This document shows, piece after piece, positions 48,301 through 57,642 of a stretch of DNA of 57,642 nt. Within the stretch, counting starts at the first letter, position 1, and each line of letters starts with the position of its first letter. A program made the translations under genes and the position numbers. This DNA is from Hypanus sabinus (lineage: Eukaryota), in assembly GCF_030144855.1 (NCBI RefSeq), contig NC_082734.1, positions 19,846,359-19,904,000 on the forward strand. The letters are read 5' to 3'. The notes beneath the pieces are model-generated. The model made no database searches, was not told the DNA's origin, and saw nothing but the letters and a program-made list of their open reading frames with translations.

Positions 48301-51300
48301 CTGTTCAGATCACAGGATTACACAGAAGAATGTGGTGGAGCTAGAGGTGTTTCACGAGTTCTTTTCCCAGGGATGAGGAAGTTCCAGTACGTTCATCTCG
48401 GCAGGTGGCATTTTCTTAGAACATCGGAAGCCGAGGGGAGATTCAACCACGGTTTCTTAAATTATATGAGACATAGGTGAAACAAGGAGGAACCTGGTTT
48501 ATTTAACAAGAAGGCCAAAGAAATCAGGAAATTGAAAGTTAGGGTAATTCATTGAGTCATACAGCACAGGAAGAGGCTTCCTCCCACCTCATCCGTGCTG
48601 ATGGTGAAGCCTGTGTCCCTGCACCCCTTTCCCATCCAAGTACCTTTTAACCATTGTCATTGTACCTGCCTCCACCACCTCCTCTGGCACCTCATTCCAG
48701 ATAGTCACCATTCTCTGTGTGAAACACTTGCCCCTTAGATCTCCTTTAAACTCCTCCCCTCGCACCTTAAACCTATAGCTTCCAGTTCTGGATTCCCCTG
48801 CTCAGGGATAAAGCTCTGACTATGTACCCTATGTATGCCCCTCATGATTTATAAACCTCTATAAAGGTCAGCCTTCAGCTCCAGTGAGAATAACCCCAAC
48901 CTATCTAATCTCTCCTTATCTCCTGACCCCCATTCCAGGCAGCATCCTGCTGAACCTCTCCTGCACTCCCTTTTGCTGTAGCACCTTTTCTGTACGGCAC
49001 AGTACTCCAAGTGCACTCCCGTGTTTTGTGAAACTTCAACATGACAGCCCAACATTTACACTCAATGAACCAGCCTGTGAAGCCAATCCTACCAAATGCT
49101 GTCTTCACTCCCTTATATAACCATCTGGCCTCTTTTTGGGAGCTGTTAGAGCATATTCTGGACTTGCAGAATAATAATTTCAGCAACCAATCTTTAGACC
49201 TGAACGCGGACTGTAGATTAAATTTAAAATGTAGCCCTGTTCAATAGGTTTTCAGAGGCGAACAGGAGTTAATTGAAAAACAGACAATGCAGGTTAACAT
49301 TCATTTTGGGTGTCCGGAGTGTGGGTGCAAAGAAGGAGCTGTGAAAGTTATATGTAATTCAAAGGAAGCATTGTAGGTATATTTGATCTTTAGTATATAA
49401 AATTTCGCGTAATACTGGGTCAAACAGGCCTCTTCCTTCAGAGTGTGTCTCATTTTATCGAATGAAAGACTGCTTTGTATCTACCAGCTGCGTCTCTCCA
49501 GTGATTTCAGTTCACCGCGTACGCAACTGTCCTGACATTTACTCTGCATGTCCTACCATGCATCCTTAGACAATCTACTTCTCGGAGTCCTGCAAACCTA
49601 CTAATCATCCCCCTACATTCTCATGTATATAAATTGTTAGAACATTTAATGAAGTGTGTGGGAACATAGAAAATAGGACAGTACATATCAGGAACAGGCC
49701 CTTCAACTGTGATGTAGTTTCCAACTAGTAATTAAAGCTCAAAGTACACTTTTATCAAAGTACATATATGTCACCATATACAACCCTAACTTTTATTTTC
49801 TTGCAAGTATACTCAATAAATAATAACCATATCAGAAGCAATGAAAAGCCACCCAACATGGGCATTCAACCAGTGCTGAAGAGAACAACCTGTGCAAGTA
49901 AGAAGAAAGAAATAATAGGAATAAATAAATAAGCAAAAGATGTTGAGAACATGAGGTGAAGAGTCCTTGAAAGTGAGTCTATTGGTTGTGGGATCATTTC
50001 AATGATGGGGCAAGTGAAGTTTCCCCCTTTGGGTCAACAGCCTGATGGTTGAGCTCTAACTGATTAAATGTCTATATGAACTAATCCTTTCTGCCTGCAC
50101 CATATTCCTCCATTCTCTTCACATGCCTATCTATGAATCTCTTTAATACCTCTATCATATTTGCCTACAGTACCCTCCCTGCCACCTCATTCAACACTCC
50201 CTATGTAAAAACGACTTGCCTTGCACAACTCCTTTGAAGTTACCCCCGTCATCTTAAATGTAGACCCTCTACTGTTAGACATTTCAACCCTAGGAGAAAG
50301 ATGCAGGCTGTATCTTTATTGATTTTGTTTTACTCTCATAATCATATAAACCTCTATCAAGTCTCCCCTCAGCCTCCAGCACTCCAGAGAAAACTACCCA
50401 ACTTTATCCACTTTCTCCTTATAGCACAGACCTTCTAATCCAGGCAGCATCCTGGTAAAAATCTTCCACACCCTCTCCAAGGTCTCTAAATACTTCATAT
50501 AACAGGGTGGCCAGACTGAGTGTGGTGTTTCAGATGTTGTGTAACCAGACTTTTCTACGGCTGCAGTTTAACTTCCCTTAAACTCATTGCCTTGACTAAT
50601 AAAGGTAACTGTGCCATACGACTTCTTTACTACCCTGACATGTTTTTAATAAAAAGATTGTGGTGTTAGAGAGGGGTGGTCGTTTATAGGGTGGTGTCAG
50701 GTTTGAAAGGTACTTGGATGTATTGAAACACATGGGTGGGGGGGTGGGTAGAGATACATCTCTACTAAAGGGGGTGCAAAGTGCTCCTTCTCTCTGCTAG
50801 TCTGCAGGCTTCCCTTGGGCAAGGTGTAGCACCTGCTTAGCCCCCAGATCAGGGTCACGTGAAGCCATGGGGTCAGGTGGTGGACAGTCGTATGAGCAGC
50901 TGGTGCACATCACAAGTCCTGGTTATGTGACCACTGACACCAGGTAGACAATCTCTGAAGAGTATTGACAACGGATGGGGCTCACCTGTCTTGTAAAGAC
51001 ACTGCCCAGAGGCAATGGAAAACCATTTCTGTAGAAAAATTTGCCAAGAGCAATTGTGGTCATGAAGACAATGATCACCAACTTCATATGACACGGCACA
51101 TAATGACGATGGTGTGGTGTCGAAGAGCAGCAGTAGATGATTGGCTGGTGTCAGGTTGAAAGGTAACTGGATGTACTGAAACTCATTGACTGGGACACAA
51201 AAGAGGGGAATAGTCTTAATAGTCTTTTTTTCAGCTGACATGGACACAATGGGTCAGATGGAGCCCATCTCTGTCACAGGTTGCATGATTTCCGACTTGC

Positions 51301-51324
51301 TGAGGCGCTGCAAGAGACAATAGA

Positions 51325-51670
51325 CAGTAGATGCAGGAGTAGGCCATTCGGCCCTTCTAGCCGGCACCACCATTCACTGTGATCATGGCTGATCATACAC
51401 AATCAGTACCCCGTTCCTGCCCTCTCCCCATATCCCTTGACACCGCTATCTGTAAGAGCTGTATCTAACTCTCTCTTGAATGCATCCAGAGACTTGGCCT
51501 CCACTGCCTTCTGGGGCAGAGCATTCCACATATCCACCACTCTGGGTGAAAAGGTTTTTCTGCATCTCTGTTCTAAATGGCTACTCCTTATTATTAAACT
51601 GTGGCCTCTAGTTCTGGACTCACCCATCAGCGGGAACATGCTTCCTGCCTCCAGCGTGTCCAATCCCTTA
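51325..51670 (-). mobile_element. CR1 3' fragment
   Basis: KGLDTLEAGSMFPLMGESRTRGHSL...VVDMWNALPQKAVEA. Other decayed - strand CR1 pieces at ~3440-4070, 15770-16060, 48510-49200 and 50040-50620. Confidence 0.8.
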
Positions 51671-51732
51671 ATAAAGTTGCAAAGTTGAGGCTGCAGGATT
51701 GTTTCATAACCTCTGGAGAGGGAGAAAGTCAC

Positions 51733-52448
51733 CCAAGTGTCTCAGTTCTAGCTACTCTCTGGAGGTGGACATGGTCAGCCAAGTGTCTCAGCTCTGGCTA
51801 CTCTCGGGACATGGTCAGCCAAGTGTCTCAGCTCTGGCTTCTCTCTGGACATGGTCAGCCAAGTGGCTCAGCTCTGGCTACTCTCTGGACGTGGTCAGCC
51901 AAGTGTCTCAGCTCTGGCTACTCTCTGGACATGGTCAGCCAAGTGTCTCAGCTCTGGCTTCTCTCTGGACGTGGTCAGCCAAGTGTCTCAGCTCTGGCTT
52001 CTCTCTGGACATGGTCAGCCAAGTGTCTCAGCTCTGGCTACTCTCTGGACATGGTCAGCCAAGTGTCTCAGCTCTGGCTACTCTCGGGACATGGTCAGCC
52101 AAGTGTCTCAGCTCTGGCTACTCTCTGGACGTGGTCAGCCAAGTGTCTCAGCTCTGGCTTCTCTCTGGACGTGGTCAGCCAAGTGTCTCAGCTCTGGCTT
52201 CTCTCTGGACATGGTCAGCCAAGTGTCTCAGCTCTGGCTACTCTCGGGACATGGTCAGCCAAGTGTCTCAGCTCTGGCTACTCTCTGGACGTGGTCAGCC
52301 AAGTGTCTCAGCTCTGGCTACTCTCTGGACATGGTCAGCCAAGTGTCTCAGCTCTGGCTACTCTCTGGACATGGTCAGCCAAGTGTCTCAGCTCTGGCTA
52401 CTCTCTGGACATGGTCAGCCAAGTGTCTCAGCTCTGGCTACTCTCTGG
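51733..52448. repeat. 40-bp minisatellite, about 18 units
   Basis: Unit ctctc(t/g)ggac(a/g)tggtcagccaagtgtctcagctctggct(a/t). 16 exact-register units at 51801-52440 plus partial or degenerate flanking units. Confidence 0.97.
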
Positions 52449-54143
52449 TAACTTAAGCTGAACTCCACCTGACTACATCTGCTGCGAACAGAACTGCAGC
52501 TCCAAGGAGAGTACATCACACATTTTGGATGAACATAAGGCAGTGGAAAGGGGTCCGGCAAGTGAAGACTGAAGCAAAGACACCAATCAAGGCAAAATAC
52601 ATCAGACAGCCTTAAATTTAAAACAACCCTGTGTGTGGTGGTGGTGGGGAGAGAGACAGGCTGCTTGCCTTTTGTAATGTCATAAGGTTAAGGAGCCAGG
52701 GCTCTGCTCCAAACCTGGTCCCTGGTGTCAGTAAGGAGCTCCACACATCAGCCACTTCTGCGTGGATCAGATAGATTGTGATGCTCCCACTGCTTTGGCC
52801 TAAGGCTGTCAGACATAATCTTGGCAGCGTGTAATTTTCAACTGGGAAATGTCACAATCGCCAATGAATCAGAAGAAATAATGTCAACACTCATCACAGC
52901 TGAGCTGTGTACTTTTGTGGTGGGACTGGAAGAAACTTGCTGAACCTGCATACTCCGATATCTGCTAAAGAAATCCTAAAATATTTCTGATTCTCCAGTC
53001 ACTCTGATGAACAGAATATAACTGCCAAATGATTGCGACATGATGTAATGTGGGAGAGGTAGGAGAGCTCTAGAGAGCTGGGCTCCAAATGCAGGCAGAA
53101 GCGACCGGCTCATTGGGCAACGTGGCTGGCCTGGGCAAGTTGGGCCAAATGGCCTGCTTTCATGCTGTGTAATGCTACCTTTCATATTCTTGATCTTGAG
53201 GGGCACGGTGACACAGCTAACAGGGGCACTGCCTCACCGCCTGGATTTAATCCTGATAGCTGGTGCAGTCTGTGTGGAGTTTGCACGTTTCCCCCACCCC
53301 CACCCACCGTGACCTCTAGCTTTCTCCCACACCCCAAAGGCATGCGTTGGTCGTGGGAAAATACATTGACTGTTTGGGTCAGGGGTGGAATCTGATGGCA
53401 ATATGGAGAAAATTTTTTTAATTAGATTAGAGTAGGCTTATTATAAGGGAGTAGCTGATGCTTGGCAGTACCAGTACCACAGGCCCAGTTTCTGTTTTGT
53501 ATGACTCCATAATTCTCTGCTGTTTCTTTGGCAGTGGATCAACTGCCTGCAGAATGTTAACCTGCTGCACGGCCAACAGCTTGCTGTCCGTATTATGTTG
53601 TCCCTGGCTCGCATGTCAGTTTCGACAGCTGGGGCGCAATGTCTGTGTTCGACCCTGACCAACGGAGGGCCATCAATGCATTTGATTTTGACTGGTGGTG
53701 ATCTGAGCTATTCAGTACTCCATTAACGTGGCATGCCGAAGGATGTTTCTGTGCTGGGTTAGTACTGACGGGTACTTGATGAACATGACGTGTCGAAGGG
53801 CAGTTCTGCGTAGCGTGACTCTGCGGCTCCAGGGAGGACAGGCGAGTGACCTACTCCGGCTCCCATTTCTTGATGTCCTACACCCCTCACTCCCTGCAAT
53901 CTTGAAAACTACGATTTTAAAAATTAAAATAAATGACCAAAATTCATTTTATCTATCCAAAATGATCTGTAAATAAAAATTCTCTTAAGCCTAGCCATAA
54001 ACACAATTCAGAAATCCATCTTTTTTCACTTTCCACAACTCTTTCTTTATCAACAGCTTTTGAATTTAGTTTTATTTTATTCTTTGGAACTGTATACAAT
54101 CAGATGGGACCTGATTCCACACCCCCCCCCGCCCCCACCTTTA

Positions 54144-56060
54144 GCAACACACACAAAATGTGAAGGAAGTCAGCAGACCAGGCAGCATCTATGGAAATGA
54201 ATAGGCCAAAAGCCTTCCTCAAGACTGGAAAGGGAGGGAGAAGACACCAGAATATAAAGGTGTGGGGAAGGGAAGGAGGACAGCTAGAAGGAGATAGGTA
54301 AAGCCAGGTGAGTGGGAAAGGTAAAGGCCTGGAGAGGAAGGAATCTGATAGGAGAGGAGAGTGGACCGTGGGAGAAAAGGAAGGAGGAGGGGACCCACGG
54401 GAGGTGAGAAGAGGGAAGAGGCCAGAGTGGAGAATAGAAGAAGAGGGGAGGGGAAGGTTAAAAAAAATGCTGGAAGGAGAAATTGATATTCATGCCATCA
54501 GGTTGGAGGCTACCCAGATGGAATATAATGCGTTGCTCCTCCATCTTAAAAGTGGCTTCATCTTGGCACAAGAAGAGTCCATGGACCGACATGCCAGAAC
54601 GGCAGTGGGAATCGGAATTAATATGTTTGGCCAATGGGAAGATCTGCTTTTGGTGGATGGAGCAGAGGTGCTCAATAAAGCGGTCCCACAATCTACGATG
54701 GGTTTCACCAGTGTAAAGGCCGCATTGGGAGCACCAGACACAACAGACAGCTCCAGCAGACTCACAGGGCAAGTGTTGCCTCACCTAGAAGGACTGTTTA
54801 GGGCCCTGAATTGAGGTGAGGGAGGAGGTGAATGGTGAGGCACATAGGCCACTTGCAGGGATAAGTGCTGGGAGCGAGATCAGTGAGGAGGGACAAATGA
54901 ACAAGGGAATCGTGGAGGAAGCAATCCCTGTGGAAAGTGGAGGGCGGGTAGGGATGACATAAAGATATATTTAGTGGTAGGAATCCTTTAGAGATGGCGG
55001 AGTTGTGGAGGATGATGTGTCGGATGCGGGGGCTCATGAGGTGGTACGCAAGGATGAGGGAGACTATCACTGTTGAGATGGCGAGAGGAGGGGGTGAGCA
55101 CAGATGCCGGGAAATGGAGAAGATGCGGCTGAGGGCATCATCAATTATGGAGGAAGGGAGCCTCCATTCTTTGGAGAGAGTGGGACATCTCTGATGTCCT
55201 GGAAAGGAAAGCCTCATTCTGGGAACAATGCAGCAGAGGCAAAAGGGAATGGGATCTTTACAGGAGACAGGGTGGGAAGAGATAACTGTTGGAATCAGTT
55301 GACAGTTTGTCTCCAGGGATGGAAAGAGAGATCGATGGAGAAAGGGGAGGGAAGTGTCAGAAGTGGACCGAGTGAATTTAAGAACAGGGTGGAAGCTCAG
55401 CATGGGTACATCAATGCAGTCGCCAATGTCACAGAGGGGAGCCTTACTCAGGGAGGCTTGGAACAAGGGCTCTTCTATTAAACCAGTGAAGAGGCAGGCC
55501 TAGCTGGGGCCCATGGGGGTCCCCTTGGCTGCCTCTCAAGTCTGGAGGAAGTGGGAGGGGACGAAGGAAAAATTGTTGAGGGTGAGGACCAGTTCTGCCA
55601 GATGGAGGGTGGTGGTGATGGGGGGGGGCAGTGGTTGGTTCTTTTACTGAGAACAAAGCTGAGAGCTTTCAGGCCTTCTGGGTGGCGCATTGAAGTGTAT
55701 AGAGACTGAACATCCATGGTGAAAATGAGGCGGTCAGGGCCAGGGAATTGAAACTACCAGATTAAGGGTGTGAGAAGTGACACAGGAGTGTAAAAGGCAC
55801 TGCCTGGCCTCAGCAAGACTGAACCAAAGGAGATAGAATGGAGTTGAGGTACGAGGACACGAGTTCGGTGGGGCAGGGGCAGGCTGACAACAGGCCAGCC
55901 TGGACAGTGAGGTTTGTGGATCTTGAGTACGAGGCAGAAGCGAGCAGTGTGGAGTTTGGGAACTATGAGATTGGTGGCAGTGACGGGAGTTGTCCGGAGT
56001 CGATGAGGTCAGTGATGGACTCAAGAGATGCGGTCCCCTTCAAGGGGTAAGTATGAGGAG
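54144..56060 (-). mobile_element. Penelope-like retroelement (RT + GIY-YIG endonuclease), decayed
   Basis: MDVQSLYTS (RT), CDIGDCID (decayed YIDD-type motif), WCSQCGLYTGETHRRLWDRFIEH...EEQRIIFHLGSLQPDGMN (GIY-YIG). The terminus matches the dispersed short repeats. Confidence 0.85.
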
Positions 56061-56359
56061 GGGTGATGGTCCGAAGTGTGGTCCCCTTCGAGGGTTAGGT
56101 TTGAGGAGGAGTGTGAGAGGTGCTACCTCGTCTCAGCAAGATAGAGGTCAGTGCGCCACACTACAACAGCACCCACTTCGTCCACGGGTTTGACGGTAAG
56201 GTTGGGATTGGTCCTGGTCCCCGTTGTTACAGTCCAGGATGTTTGGACAGGAACCACCCCTCCAGAGTTTGCTATGCTTAATACCAAGTTGCCTAGCCTC
56301 GTTGTACCTTGGAACCCTTTAATGTCACTTGGCTGAACAAAAGAGGATAAAATACTCAC

Positions 56360-56506
56360 CACTTGAAGACTTGTTGAAATGTCTCCTGATAACGTAAATT
56401 GCCAAGAGCACCAGTATTACCACAATGATAACCATCGGTATCGTCCATCTCTGATGTGTTTCACTCCCAGAAACTATGGCATTTTTATTAGTAACCAAGT
56501 GTACAT
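56360..56506 (-). CDS. Stalk/transmembrane exon of a second, convergent type I membrane protein; upstream exons lie outside the window
   Basis: Acceptor gtatttctacag|, donor AGTG|gtgagt; 147 nt, phase 1-1. Encodes DVHLVTNKNAIVSGSETHQRWTIPMVIIVVILVLLAIYVIRRHFNKSSS: a TM segment followed by a basic stop-transfer. Confidence 0.78.
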
Positions 56507-56729
56507 CTGTAGAAATACAAAAATGTCCGTTGGTTATTGATATAAATACCGAGAACAAAAGCCAATAAAAATGTTTGCATCATCTTTGTAGGCATGGAGA
56601 ATACAATCAATAGTCCATAAAATTATAAATTGCATTTAATGCTTCAAAGTTGCCAAAATGAGCAGCAGCTATGAGAAGTAACTTATGGGCTCAGGCAGAG
56701 ACCAGCGCTGACAGTCGCCTTTAAACAAA

Positions 56730-57405
56730 TTACAGACTACATTCAAAATTATGAGAGGGTAAATGCAAGCAGGCTTTTTCGACTGATATTGGGTGAGCAG
56801 AACTAGAGGTCAAGGGTTAAGGGTGAAAGGTGAGACGTTTAAGGAGGACATGAGGGGCAACGTCTTCACTCTGAGGGTGGGGAGGCCGGGATCGAGCTGC
56901 CAGCGGAAATGGTGGAAGCGGGTTTGATTTTAGCATTTAAGAGAAATCTAGATAAGTACATGGACGAGAGGGTCTGGGTATATTCCGCACTGTATCTCAA
57001 TAAGTAAAATGAACAGTAAGTACAAATCGTTAAGTGGAAAATAGCTGCATTTATTTTACACTAACAAAATTCTGAGCACGTTTATCAAACCTTCGTGCGG
57101 AAGAGGAATCTTACTGACTTGAGAATGCCCTTGAGAACTTCCTCTTTGTATAAGTAGATTAACTTACCCCAACTTGACAGGCTCCACAGCTCATTCCTGG
57201 AGAAATGAAATGCTGAAAGGCCTTGATGGGGTGGATTTGGAGAGGATGTTTCCTATGGTGAGGGGAGTCTAAGACCAGAGGACGCAGCCTCAGGGTAGAA
57301 GGAAACTATTTTAGAACAGAGATGAGGAGGAATTTCTTCAGCCAGGCGTGGTGAATATGTGCAATTCATTACCACGGGCTGTTGTGGAAACCAAGTCATT
57401 GGGTA
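56730..57405 (+). mobile_element. Two CR1 3' fragments (~56730-56990 and ~57205-57405)
   Basis: actagaggtcaagggttaagggtgaaaggtgag and gagatgaggaggaatttcttcagccagg, both typical CR1 ORF2 ends. Confidence 0.7.
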
Positions 57406-57408
57406 TAC

Positions 57409-57642
57409 GATGAGTTATACAGCTCTTGCTACATGCACATGCGGTTCAACTCTTTGAGTGATTATGCAGAAAGTTTGAAGTTAATAACTCATCTCCTTCT
57501 AACTTAGGCCACAAACTTATCAATCATCCCAATGAGTTATACCTGAGGTTCAAACTTTCTGCATAATCACTCAAAGAGTTGAACTACATGTGCATGTAAT
57601 GAGCTGTATAACTCATCTCCTTCTACCTTAGGCCACAAACTT
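57409..57642. repeat. Inverted plus direct repeat, probably rearranged DNA-transposon (mariner-like) termini
   Basis: Inverted arms 57409-57479 and 57549-57617; direct repeat 57484-57518 and 57608-57642 (34/35). Confidence 0.6.

Noticed and set aside
51601-52461. Three long overlapping ORFs (201-286 aa), or a CRISPR-like array
   Set aside because: They arise from a stop-free 40-bp tandem unit. There are no unique spacers and the context is eukaryotic.
52860-52963. - strand acceptor (tttctttagcag) as an alternative cytoplasmic exon of the second gene
   Set aside because: All frames give short peptides with no recognisable motif. It cannot be distinguished from background.
57168-57196. 29-nt - strand mini-exon upstream of the second TM exon
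   Set aside because: The phase is incompatible with an Ig-to-stalk junction, and the acceptor tract lies in an antisense CR1 fragment.

Overview
Eukaryotic, repeat-dense genomic DNA. The CR1 LINEs, V-SINE/HE1-like SINEs, Penelope elements and Tc1 derivatives point to a cartilaginous fish, probably a ray (inferred). Almost all ORFs in the six-frame track are transposon debris or spurious. I could assemble one complete host gene by hand on the + strand from five GT-AG exons with consistent phases: 8907-8946, 12599-12961, 31675-31836, 40108-40169 and 41338-41454 (744 nt, 247 aa). It encodes a type I membrane receptor with a signal peptide, one germline-joined VJ-type Ig domain (FGNG J motif, no RSS), a Cys-containing stalk, an uncharged TM segment, and a tail with two tyrosine motifs (IHYASM, MVYAEV). 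This is an NITR-like inhibitory architecture that I cannot assign to a named gene. A second, convergent receptor gene enters from the right edge (stalk/TM exon 56360-56506, - strand). Other notable elements: a full-length U6 pseudogene fused to the 3' end of a probable Nimb/I-clade LINE; a full-length L1 with a 15-bp TSD nested in a Rex/Babar LINE; Penelope-derived hairpin elements with hammerhead-ribozyme cores; and a 40-bp minisatellite. No databases were searched. Family names come from motif recognition.
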